This document shows, piece after piece, positions 35,371 to 46,333 of a stretch of DNA of 64,000 bases (within the stretch, counting starts at the first letter, position 1; every line of letters starts with the position of its first letter). The position numbers were made by a program, and so were the translations under genes. This DNA is from Corythoichthys intestinalis (taxonomy: Eukaryota), in contig NC_080408.1 of the NCBI RefSeq assembly GCF_030265065.1, positions 22,919,480 through 22,983,479 of the forward strand. Reading direction: 5' to 3'. Under the pieces are notes generated by a model that had not been told where the DNA came from, did not search any database, and saw only the letters and a program-made list of their open reading frames with translations.

Positions 35371-36913
35371 TGTCAAATACGAATACAGCGATTACAAAGT
35401 AGACACTACAAACTTCCTTTAAATGAAGGACTACTTACGTTTGATCATTGATAGTCATGTAAAAAGCTCTCCTAATGCTCATTAGCAGCAGCATGTTAGC
35501 TGGACAACAACTCCAGCCACCCTCCTCCGGGGAACGAACTGTAAATTGCTCTCCGCCGGGCGGTTTGCCGATCCGCGAAGACAATCGACAACCGGGTCGT
35601 CATGTCAAATAATCCAGGATAGTTATGTGTGATTTTCTGCTTCGAAGACTTTGAAACATCACTCGGTTCGGGTTAGCATGTCGGCTAGCTGTTACGCCTT
35701 CTGGTTTGTTTACATTCTCCGAAGCCGGGGAAGGAAAATGACATATGTCCGATTTAGGTGTCATAAAATATCGTTCAGGAGGTGCGACAGTAAAGGTGAA
35801 GTCGACAGTTTTGACCATTATGGAGTAATTTTGCCATGTCGTCCTGAATAAATGCATTTTTATTATTTCATATTCCATTCATATTCCATGTTATTTGTCA
35901 TGACCATGCCATTTATTTAGCAATTGGGGAAAATACTTGGATAAAAAGAATATCCTGTAAAAATATTGAAGTAAAGAGACAGAAACAATGACATTTTGCC
36001 GCTCTCTTCGTCGCGTTTTCCTCGTTGTGAATAGTTCCCCCTCGACGGGCTAACTGGTCCTTCTCAAGCCATTTATATAGCTATTGGGGAAAAATACTTG
36101 GATAAAAAGAATATCCTGTAAAAATATTGGAGTAGAGAGACTGAAACAATGACATTTTCCGGCTCTCTTCCTCGCGTTTTCCTCGTTCTGAATAATTCCC
36201 CCTCAATGGGCTGAATAGTAAAACCGATGAACCCAGTCTACCGCTGACGTCATCCACCTGTTGGGGACGCTAAAGCCCTATAATGGTTGGCGTGGCTAAC
36301 CGGCAGATTAAAAGACTAATTTCTCGTCATCTGTGCTTTGCTAAATTGTTGTATATAGTCGAATCGTCTCAAAATATGATTCTAATTCACATAATAATGC
36401 CATTTAAGACTTTTTTTCTCGTGTCGTATGCTCTTTAAGCACTTTAAATGTACACCTGTTTGTTTCTGGTGCGCACCAGATGGTTTAAATTTATTTTATT
36501 TCTGTACAATATTTATTTGGGTGCAAAGTTTTTTGTGACATATTTAGTTTAAAATATTTTGTTTTAAATTTATATTTAGAACAAATATTTTCTTTTTATT
36601 ATTTATTCTTTTTACTCGTAAACATTTTAAAATGAACTCTTAGTTTTAACTTGTTTTTCAACATTTTTATTCATAATTTGTAAATATCTTTTAATTAAAT
36701 GAACTTCAAGATGTTTTGTAAAATATTCAGATTTTTGTTACCTTTTCCGTTTCAAATTATAAGGAAAAAAAATCAAGATTTTTTTTTTTTTGCAACAATT
36801 TAAAAATATTACATGTAGACATATTTTTTCAGTATTTTAATGTTTTAACTGCACTGAAAATTTGATTTTTTTTTTTTAAATACTGTTTTTAAAAAAAAAT
36901 CTTTTCCCTCAAG

Positions 36914-36982
36914 GAAAAAAGCATTTTCAGTGGAATGTTCAAGAAAGCACCGAAAGCAGCAGATGAGGCCGCAGTTGATGAG
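36914..36982 (+). CDS. Repeat-module gene exon 31 (basic module): EKSIFSGMFKKAPKAADEAAVDE
   Basis: cttttccctcaag| acceptor, gag|gtaggt donor, 69 nt, phase 0. Confidence 0.6.
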
Positions 36983-37093
36983 GTAGGTGACCGACTACCC
37001 AAGAGAGAATTTTTTAAAAATCAAATTATTATTAGTAGTATTAGTAGTGGTAGCATCCATGCCGTTTCACTGTAATTATTTTTTTCTGAGCAG

Positions 37094-37168
37094 GAGTCCA
37101 ACAGCGGACAGGACAAGAACTTATTATCTGCAAGCAATGAAAACCTGACCGAAGAAAACGCTCCAAAA
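37094..37168 (+). CDS. Repeat-module gene exon 32 (acidic linker): ESNSGQDKNLLSASNENLTEENAPK
   Basis: tttttctgagcag| acceptor, aaa|gtacaa donor, 75 nt, phase 0. Confidence 0.55.
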
Positions 37169-37237
37169 GTACAAATGTAGTTGACAGATGTTGCTAGGAT
37201 TATTTTCCACTTTTCTAACACAATATTTTGTTACCAG

Positions 37238-37309
37238 GAAAAGACTGGAGGTCTGGCAGGAATGTTCAAAAAGTCACCCAAACCGGCGCCACGCTCCGTC
37301 GTCAACAAG
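37238..37309 (+). CDS. Repeat-module gene exon 33 (basic module): EKTGGLAGMFKKSPKPAPRSVVNK
   Basis: ttttgttaccag| acceptor, aag|gtgact donor, 72 nt, phase 0. Confidence 0.6.
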
Positions 37310-37402
37310 GTGACTTTGACGCCCAGTGTTCTCATTCTTTCTTTTTTTTTTTTTTTTTTTTAATGAGAAAATGGTGGAAACTGACATCAACTTTGTTTTT
37401 AG

Positions 37403-37441
37403 GATCCTCTCAGTGATGCCAAGGATGCAGAAAGTGACAAG
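37403..37441 (+). CDS. Repeat-module gene exon 34: DPLSDAKDAESDK
   Basis: ctttgtttttag| acceptor, aag|gtaaat donor, 39 nt, phase 0. Confidence 0.45.
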
Positions 37442-37663
37442 GTAAATTACCGGAGTAGAGGCGATAGGAGGAAAATCTACAATCGTCAACAAATACAACA
37501 ATAGCCATTTACTGTATTATTTTTGTATTTCACAATAGCCTTTGTCAATTTTTGTCATTTTAAGCAAACTTCCCTTTTTATTTTAAATAACATTTGGAAC
37601 AATTATTCTCTTTGGGTTTCATTAAGTCTTTATTATTGGTCTTTTTTATTTTTTTTCCCTAAG

Positions 37664-37726
37664 GACGACTTGTCAGGTGACGAACTATCAGGTGATGCTG
37701 TCATTCTTGAAGCTGCCACTGCAAAA
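37664..37726 (+). CDS. Repeat-module gene exon 35: DDLSGDELSGDAVILEAATAK
   Basis: ttttttccctaag| acceptor, aaa|gtgagt donor, 63 nt, phase 0. Confidence 0.5.
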
Positions 37727-37857
37727 GTGAGTACACGATACACTATGTACATACATATACTAGTACAGTATGTCTTAAGTATGCCTTTCAGCGTCAGGAA
37801 AAAAAACAAAATGTCAGAACATACTGAACCGCATTACTGCATGTTCATGTTGAGCAG

Positions 37858-37917
37858 GAGAAAAAGGGAGGCTTCGCCGGAATGTTCAAGAGGACGCCCA
37901 AAACCGCTGACAAACAG
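37858..37917 (+). CDS. Repeat-module gene exon 36 (basic module): EKKGGFAGMFKRTPKTADKQ
   Basis: catgttgagcag| acceptor, cag|gttagg donor, 60 nt, phase 0. Confidence 0.6.
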
Positions 37918-38866
37918 GTTAGGATACTTTTCGACTCACGAGGAAAGACTAGCCAACATGTGCTAATCAGGGCTGAAAGTGGCTAGAATTTCTTTCCGGA
38001 GCTCCCTGGCATAAAGGTTGCCACGGAGCCAGAATTTTGTTGTTGTTTTGTGTTCTAACTAAAACCATCGAAATGCAGCACACAAAAAAACACAACAGGT
38101 TTTGCGCATGCATTCGGCTACTGCTATAAACTTTCTGTAATTTTATGTAAAACCTAAAAAAAAAAAAGATTGTTTTTATTGAGTCATTTATTACCTTTTC
38201 ATTGCCTCAAAATACTCTTTGCGTGTGTTTCCATCTCGTACTTTTAAGCATTGTGTTTTCTTGTGGTAGCTTTAAAGCAGAGTGTTGATCTGTGGCCCAC
38301 ATTAGTCACATAGCATGTTTAAAGCACCTATACTTGATAATACAGTGATCCTTATTTTTCGCGGGACCAGAACCCGCTGCGATAAGTGATAAACCGCAGA
38401 GTAGTGCAAACCCCCCCCCCCCCCGGTCTTTTTTTTTTTTTTTTTTTTGCTGTATAATCAATGTATTCAGATTTAGCATTGGGAAGATATACAGTACATA
38501 TAAGACATGTTTTTTCACTTTTTCCCCCCAAAAGTATAATTTTAAAAAAACTTATGTACATATTTTAATAAATGTTTTTTAACTCATTCACTTCCAGCCA
38601 TTTTTAACGGTGCAACCCCATTCGCTCCCGGCCGTTTTACTGGATTTTGACTGATTTTGCAAGGCCCCCAGAAAATTCTGTTCTATTGCTATATAAACAT
38701 AGAACCCACCAAAAGAAAGATTACACTCTGTTCTTTCAGCAGGAAAAAAAAGTTAGTTCATATCTTTTTCCATTCTTTAGAAATCAGCATTAGAAAATAG
38801 CTTAGTTTGAGCAATTTTCCAATTTCTGATGAAAAAAACAGAGAAATTTAGCTTTTTGTGAAAACA

Positions 38867-40249
38867 TACAGTGCCCTCCCGTAATTATTGGATTTATAAT
38901 AATTATGAGTTTTTTAGCTTCTAATAATTTTTTTTTCTAAATAATATGGGATCTTAATGGAAAAAAGAGAAAAATCCAACCTTCAATACAAGTGCATTTA
39001 TTCAGTGGGGAAAAAAATCCCACATAAAGAAATAATTATTTGACATCAAATAATGTGTATCACAATTATTAGCACCCCTGGTGTTAATACTTTGTACAAC
39101 CCCCTTGTCCCAACAAAACAGCACCTAATCTTCTCCTATATTGTCTTGCTGAAAGACCCAGTGACGACCCATCTTCATCTTTCGGGCAGAGGGCAACAGA
39201 TTTTGATTTAAAATGTCCTGGTATTTCAAAGCATTCATGATGCCATGCACCCTAACAAGGTTCCCAGGGCCTTTGGAAGTGAAACAGCCCCACAGCATCA
39301 CTGACCCACCCCCATACTTCACAGTGGGTATGAGGTGCTTTTCAGCATGCGCATCTTTCGTGGCACGCCAGACCCACTTAGAGTGTTTGTTGCCAAAAAG
39401 CTCAATCTTGGTCTCATCTGACCAAAGCACACGGTCCCAGTTGAAGCCCCAATACCGCTTGGCGATTTCCAGACGTTCGCGTTTATGATTGTGAGTGAGG
39501 AAAGGTTTTCTCCGTGCATGCCTCCCAAACAGCTTGTTGGCGTGTAGACAGCACCTCATACCCACTGGGAAGTATGGGGGTGGGTCAGTGATGCTGTGGG
39601 GCTGTTTCGCTTCCAAAGGCCCTTGTTAGGGTGCATGGCATCATGAATGCTTTGAAATACCAGGACATTTTAAATCAAAATCTGTTGCCCTCTGCCCGAA
39701 AGCTGAAGATGGGTCGTCACTGGGTCTTTCAGCAAGACAATGACCCTAAACATATGGCCAAATCTACACAGAAATGGTTCACCAGACACAAAATCAAGCT
39801 CCTCCCATGGCCATCTCAGTTCCCAAACCTCAACCCCATTGAAAACCTGTGGGGTGAGGGAAGAGGAGAGTACAGAGAGAGGACCCAGGTCTCTGGATGA
39901 TTTAGAGATATTCTGCAAAGAGGAATGGCTGAAGATCCCTCTTTCTGTCTTTTCCCATCTTGTGAAACATTATAGGAGAAGATTAGGTGCTGTTTTGTTG
40001 GCAAAAGGGGGTAGTACAAAGTATTAACACCAGGGGTGCTAATAATTGTGACACACATTATTTGATGTCAAATAATTATTTCTTTATGTGGGATTTTTTT
40101 CCCTACTGAATAAATGCACTTGTATTGAAGGTTGGATTTTTCTCTTTTTCTCCATTAAGGTCCCATATTATTTAGAACAAGAAAAAAAAATAGTAGAAGC
40201 TAAAAAACACATAATTATTATAAATCCAATAATTATGGAGGGCACTGTA
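38867..40249 (+). mobile_element. Tc1-like DNA transposon (TIR TACAGTGCCCTCC…ATAATTATTGG), internally palindromic and non-functional
   Basis: ~190-bp TIRs at both ends ending cactgta. Interior holds two head-to-head transposase C-terminal fragments, - strand 39125-39616 and + strand 39631-39900 ([49 protein letters not shown]...). 39061-39337 is the reverse complement of 39553-39830. No intact ORF. Confidence 0.75.
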
Positions 40250-40858
40250 ACTTTGACTTTAACACAGCTATTTTATGCTTTAGTTACTTACATCCTAAAC
40301 ATCTGAATAATGTTTTCCTTTTATAAAATAACATAAACAACAAGACAAATAGTGCTTTTGATAGCAAAGTAACTATTTGTTTACACATAACTGAGGGATG
40401 ACGCTGTTGTGGCCGCGATAGCCGGGGTAAACTTTTCCCTCATCGCCGCCTGTCTCTGCTCGGCGAGCAGCACGGACTCAACGGCATCGTCCGCTGCACT
40501 GGTGGTCCGGTTCGTTCCGCTCGGTTGTCTGCCGCCTGGCATCCTGGACGTCCATTCGGTCATCTTCCGCGGGCGCCCCGGCCGTGCGGCCAGCCGTTCG
40601 TCCTGTTGAATCGGATTGCAGGTCTTACCAAATGCGCTACTGCCCTTCAGTGGCCAGTTTTATTGCTTTAAAATGGATTTCCAGCATTGTGCTTTGGAGC
40701 TAAGTTGAATCAGAACCCAGAGATGTCTCTTGTAGCACATCTCGCCGGTGTAGGACATTTTGTCAGAACACTCGCCCCGAATCTTATGCCGGAACGACGT
40801 ACCAGACCGTTCTGCACCACTTTCACCCCTAGTGCTAATACACTCCTGATACTTCCAG

Positions 40859-40942
40859 GACAAGGACGACGACAAGGATGACATGGCGCCACCTAAGGGC
40901 GGAGGGCTGAGACGCAGGAAGACCATCAAAAAGAAAAGACGA
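40859..40942 (+). CDS. Repeat-module gene exon 37 (acidic then polybasic): DKDDDKDDMAPPKGGGLRRRKTIKKKRR
   Basis: atacttccag| acceptor, cga|gtcagc donor, 84 nt, phase 0. Confidence 0.5.
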
Positions 40943-41014
40943 GTCAGCACTTTGTTTTGTTAATTACCGATCTGCATAATGTCTGAGTGTCATTTAACTT
41001 TGATCCTTCTCCAG

Positions 41015-41071
41015 ATCGTGTCCTTCAGAATCAAGACGACTCTTCCCAAAATGCCAAAGCTAAACGCGCAG
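41015..41071 (+). CDS. Repeat-module gene exon 38: IVSFRIKTTLPKMPKLNAQ (with the preceding exon gives KKKRRIVSFRI, an RVxF-like motif)
   Basis: ccttctccag| acceptor, cag|gtaaac donor, 57 nt, phase 0. Confidence 0.5.
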
Positions 41072-41316
41072 GTAAACCTCGAGCAAGTTCCACTTAGCCA
41101 CATGCAATTTACTTAGACTTAGCTTGTCTATCAAAAGTAGATCCACAAAAAAAACAAAAAAAAAAAAATCTCAAGTAGCCGTCTTGAAAAAGTTTAGAAG
41201 TCTGTTTCCTCAAGTCTTTCAAAAATGAGCTCAAATTATTACGTCAGTTGGGTAATTTAAAATAACTGATGTCCACATACAGTATGTGGATGCCATGTCT
41301 CAATTATATATATACA

Positions 41317-42292
41317 GTATATGGCAGAAAACACTCAGGTGACTTGACGTTCCTCTCTGAAACCCCCAATTTGGCCAAATTTCAAAATTGTCCCGTATGC
41401 ATGTGAGATACATCTTTGGAAAGCTTAAAATATCAATTCTCTGGGGAAAGAAAATTTTTGAACAGGAGGGCATTAAAAAAAAAAATAATTAAAACCTAAC
41501 TCGAGGTGAGAGCATGAGAGAGCATAATTAAAGACCATGATTATAACGAGATATTATTGCGTACTTACCTTGTTTCGATCAAAAAAACTCTGTGTAGCAT
41601 GTATCACCGAGTGCTAAGACACTGCTGTGAATAGCCACAGCCAGACTTTTTGGGTATTTTGTGGGTGAAACGCGGTAATATAACAAGGGTCGGAATGCAG
41701 AAATCGCAGACATCAAGGAATGGTTAAGATTTTCTTTTTCAAATATTTACAGTTTTAAATGTTTTTTTTTTTCCTTGTTTGGATCGATTATCATCTAAAA
41801 TATCAGGGGAAATGCAATAGTAACAGTACAATTAAGCAATAGTTATGAGGTAGATATCCGTGACTTTTTTAGAGATGCCATTTTTTCATTGGGACATAAT
41901 TTGTTTAAAAGTTTAAAATATGTGAGTAAATAATTTTATAAAGTTTTTTTTTGTTTTTTGTTTTTAAACTAAATATTAGACATCAATTAATGATTCTAAG
42001 CTAAAAACGATAGTCATTTCAAATAATGAATATAATTACTTACCTTCTTTTTATGGCTAGGTTGAAACAAAAGCGTTTGCGCGGTTTCTGTAAACGGGGT
42101 CTCCAGGGTAAAACGGGCAAATTAAAAATAGTTCAGGGGCTTAATGCGCCATGAAACTGCTATGGCAGCATATCGACATATTGTTCTATCAAACACAGCA
42201 GTTCTTTTGGCTTAAAATACAGCAGTTTATTTTAAAGAGGGGTGCAAGAGCAGAAACTGCTTTTTCAGCCTTGTCTGTGTTTTCCGCTATAT
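41317..42292 (+). mobile_element. Non-autonomous ~1-kb element with CATATGGCGGAAAACAC-type TIR, copy B
   Basis: tatatggcagaaaacactcaggtgacttgacg...cagccttgtctgtgttttccgctatat. Collinear with 8286-9274 over the full length. Confidence 0.6.
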
Positions 42293-43003
42293 ATATATAT
42301 AAAATTATTATGAATCGTTATTTATATATGTATTATGACTAAATAAAATTATAAACTAATAAAATGTTAATAAAAACAAAAAATGAATCGAAACAAAAAT
42401 ATACCCTGGTTATGACACCCAACAACACTTAAGTCGATAAATTATGAATCCTATTATTCAATGACATTTTTTTTAAATTCCCTTTTTTGTTTTTAATAAA
42501 CAATTAAAATAAATAGAAATTTTAAATGAGTAAAGAGAATAATTTTATTTTTTTATTAGTTATTTTAAAATTAAAAAATAGAATTGAGAGTAGGGTTTTA
42601 TTCCCCACTTTTTCTTTAAATAAATATAAAAATAAAACTAAGTTTAATCGTTTTCAAAATAACAAAATAAGAGAATATTTACTATTAACTCACTGCCCGC
42701 CATTGACAACAATAGACATCCAATTTATTTGAACTGGAAGGACTGACTGTAAATGCTTACCTTAATTGTGATTAACGGCGCTAGACGTCCAATTTATTTT
42801 GATTGGGTGGGGCAAATGAATGAATGTTAATTCGCCCCCTCCCAGTTAAAATAAATTGGCCGTCTAGTGCCGTCGATGGCAGCCAACATTGCTCTATAAG
42901 GGTTTGAAGACAGACTTCTATAGATTTTGTCTGATTTCTATCAAATTTGAGCAATAAAAAGTACAATTCTTGAGTGATACTTGATCCCTTTTTGCTCGCC
43001 CAG

Positions 43004-43066
43004 GCCCGAGAAAAGATGCCCCTCATTGAAGAGAGTGTGGAGATGCAGGAGATAACCCCGCCACAG
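43004..43066 (+). CDS. Repeat-module gene exon 39: AREKMPLIEESVEMQEITPPQ
   Basis: ttttgctcgcccag| acceptor, cag|gtatgt donor, 63 nt, phase 0. Confidence 0.5.
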
Positions 43067-43197
43067 GTATGTTTTTCTTAATCCTCATCAATCCTTCCAT
43101 CTTGCTAAAGTTAGGTTTCATACGATGTAGGTTAGGAGGGTGTGTGATGTTTCCAAGCTCAGTGATGTTATCACTTTCATGTTGTGATTTGTTTCAG

Positions 43198-43272
43198 GAG
43201 AGCACTGTGGAGATCCTGCCGGTTGAGATGGCAGCATACCCATCCAGTGGAAACCCCCTGGAATCAGAGGAG
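43198..43272 (+). CDS. Repeat-module gene exon 40: ESTVEILPVEMAAYPSSGNPLESEE
   Basis: gtgatttgtttcag| acceptor, gag|gtgtgt donor, 75 nt, phase 0. Confidence 0.5.
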
Positions 43273-43539
43273 GTGTGTGTCCATATGCAATATCATATCA
43301 TAAGTAGAGGTCGACTTGTATGGGACAAAGGTTGATGTCGATTAAAAAAAAAAAAAAAATCAGCCGAATGCCGATGTATAAAGTAAAAATTTCGTAAGCA
43401 AATATTTGAGTCCGATAGACTTTTATAAAGCACATTGATTATGAAAGACAATTGAAGCACTCGTTATATAAATGTATATATTGGAAGTATTTTTTTTCTT
43501 CTGTTGCTTGCTTTTGTAATACTGGCCTCTAGGTGGTGC

Positions 43540-43860
43540 AAAATCACAATTAACAAGGATCATCATTAAAACAGTGAATATAAGTTATCCTATAATATCG
43601 GCTTATATTGGCCGATCTTCAAAAAGTCCATATAACTGCCTGTTATATCAACTGGCCAATATATCTGGCAACCTTCATTAGAAAGATCATCACCCAAACA
43701 GTGGATATCAGTTATCTTATTATATTGGCTGATATCGACCGATCTCCTACAAAGACCATATACCGGCCCGATATATCGGTCGACTTAATAGGAAAAATCA
43801 TCACCATAACAGTGAACAAAGTTATCCTATTATATTTGCCGATCTTGAAAAAGTCCATGT
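43540..43860. repeat. Tandem repeat, ~95-bp unit x ~3.3
   Basis: Reiterated atcatcacc.aaacagtg.ata..agttatcctattatat.ggc.gatct.caaaaagtccatata.c blocks. Confidence 0.7.
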
Positions 43861-44269
43861 AGCTTTCTTTCTTTTCGTTCATATATCTTTCGAAACTCTA
43901 GTTTGAAAAAAGACTTTTTGAACACCAAATTAATTTTTATACCGAAAATAATTACAGTACATCCGAAACAAAAGATTATAACAATATATTTGAGAGAAAA
44001 GTATGTTATTTTGCCTCATTCAAATCATAATATCTGAACATTTAAATATGTAAACTTAAGTGCAATCACATTCGTAAATGAATGGCTTCTGGTTTTTGAA
44101 ATGTAAATAAACCAATCTATTGTGATAAAACAACAAAATTGCTATAACTGCATTAACCATCAAAGTGAAGTCTAACTGTAACTGTAGTCTTGAAACAAAT
44201 CTGAATAAGGAAAAACATTGCAATAAAATAATGCAAACTGGTTAAACTTGAGAGTAGCTGAGATCTGTC

Positions 44270-44400
44270 ATGACAGAACATCGCTTCAGTGATATCTGGC
44301 AACATCTAGCGGAGTGAATGGGAGAGTAGCTGAGATCTGTCATGACAGAACATCACTTCAATGATATCTGGCGCCATCTAGCGTCGTGAATGGGTATAAT
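44270..44400. repeat. Tandem duplication, ~58-bp unit x2 (gagagtagctgagatctgtcatgacagaacatc.cttcaatgatatctggc..catctagcg..gtgaatgg)
   Basis: Two near-identical adjacent units seen directly. Confidence 0.7.
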
Positions 44401-45128
44401 GTCTAGACCGCAAATATAAGACAACCTCCTCTTTTTCAGTCTTATTTCAATGCAAAAAACACCGTCTCATATTCGGGCCAATACGGTAATACGGCAGATA
44501 TCCAGTGGTACCTCTAGATACGAAAAATTTATTTTACGAAGTTTTTTTTTTTTTGCTTCATTTTAAGAAAATTTATTCATCATACAAAAGATAACACATA
44601 CTATGTTATAGATAATTCCTGCTCGCAGCAATGTAATATTTTAACTACGTTAGACTGTAAATGTAAACGAAATATACATACCACAATGTGCTACACAATG
44701 CTCATGTACAGTATCTGAAACACAAGAAGAATATAACTTATAACTTTAGCAAGGCACATTCAGCGAGATGAAATGCCAAGCAATGGCTGCCGAAGTTGGC
44801 TTGTCTTTTAGTATTTGCCGAAGTTAGCTTGTCTTTTAGCTCTCTCTATTTGCTACGAGCTCAAGTAGTCATGTAAAAACATCTGTAGAATGAGCTGGAA
44901 CGTAACAAACTAGTTACACTTAAACGCCACTAGGGGCGAAAAAGCATCACAAATAAAGACTGTGGTGTTCTGAGCTTGGAAAAAATTGGACGATTGACAT
45001 CGCGAAAAAAATCCTGATATGAAAGCCACTCCGGAACAAATTAATTTTGTATCTTGAAGGTACCACTGTATTGGTTGACCTTTAATCATAAGGTCAAAGA
45101 TGAGTGTCATGTATTTTTTTCCTTGAAG

Positions 45129-45168
45129 GAAAATGACGGCCTATTGGAATGGTGGAATAATGTCGAAG
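45129..45168 (+). CDS. Repeat-module gene exon 41: ENDGLLEWWNNVE (ends in phase 1)
   Basis: tttttttccttgaag| acceptor, gaag|gtgagt donor, 40 nt. Confidence 0.5.
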
Positions 45169-45257
45169 GTGAGTGTAATGTCTAGACATTTTAATTTTTT
45201 TTTTGTTTCCTCATGCAAATGTCTGATGTGGTTGGTCTTCACGTCCTGTTTCTGTAG

Positions 45258-45410
45258 GCTGGGCTGAATGGAACGAGACAGCCAATTTTCAAGAAGATGA
45301 GGAGGGAATGTACGCGCATGCTTTATTTATTTTCTTTGTTATGGATTGTGACATCTTGATAAATAAATGCTTGCTTGTAAGAAGGAAAGATGAATGGATG
45401 AGTGATAGCT
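45258..45410 (+). CDS. Repeat-module gene candidate terminal exon: (G)WAEWNETANFQEDEEGM... Reading ends at TGA ~45408-45410, but an AATAAA lies at 45362 inside this frame, so the true coding end or a further splice (possible donor AAT|gtacgc at 45315/45316) is unresolved.
   Basis: tgtttctgtag| acceptor. Phase-1 continuation gives GWAEWNETANFQEDEEGM, then low-complexity AT-rich codons. aataaa at 45362-45367. Confidence 0.35.
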
Positions 45411-46250
45411 GATGATAGATGGATGTTGATTGCAGATACAGATAGGCGGTGAGTGTTTGATGGATGGTAGGAGAGATGAATGGGAGTATGAACACTACAT
45501 GGACGGTTAAATTATATTGTAAAGCTGATGACGAGTGACAGGCGGCTAATGAGATAGATAAGATGTATGGTTAATAGATGATGATGGACAATAGCTTGTA
45601 GGATGATAGACTCCTCCATAAAGGAAAGTGTTAGATGGATGGTTGGATGGCTTTAAGCATGATGGTGTAGATCAAACAAGTTCAAAATGAACAACCACCA
45701 TTCAGCTTGCTCCCTAAACGTCTCATCAGCATGCCCTCTACTGGCTAACTGGGGGACCTACCGGCAACAATAAGTCTGTAATTAATTAGTGCAATTATCA
45801 GCTGTAATATTAAACCAGCTCTGAAAATCGATGCGTTTGCATCGCTGCAATATATATACCAAATTTAATTGTGAAAGGAGTACCCATTTTTGTTTGTGTC
45901 CTTCGCAAGAAGAACAAGACCTAAGGAAGTAAATGTTTAAGCCCTTTCTCCAGGTGGTCTAAAAACAGATGAGAAGTGGATACACAAATATTTTATTCGA
46001 TTGACAGATTAATAAAAGGTTGTTGAAATGATTGGGTAGGAAAAAAGATGGGTGAAGTGATACATGGCTGACGGATGGACAGTTAAACACCAAATAGATA
46101 TGTGATTAATGGATGGACTGATAAAAAGATAAGACTGATGGTGATGAATGGGTGGACAGATTGATGGTTGAAGTGGTACATTAATAGAGTGTTAGATGGA
46201 TGACTGTAGGACTCAACAGATACAGATTTACAGATTTGTAAATGTACAGA
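45300..46250. repeat. Degenerate purine-rich (GGATGG / GATGA / GATAGA)n low-complexity tract ~0.9 kb immediately upstream of APOL-like gene 2
   Basis: Dense recurrence of gatgg, gatga, gataga words on the + strand; almost no C. Confidence 0.6.
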
Positions 46251-46333
46251 AGTCATCGAGAATCTGTTGAATGCATTGCATGCATATCTAATGAAGTGTC
46301 CAGCAAACATCTGTAATATTTGCATCTGCAGGG

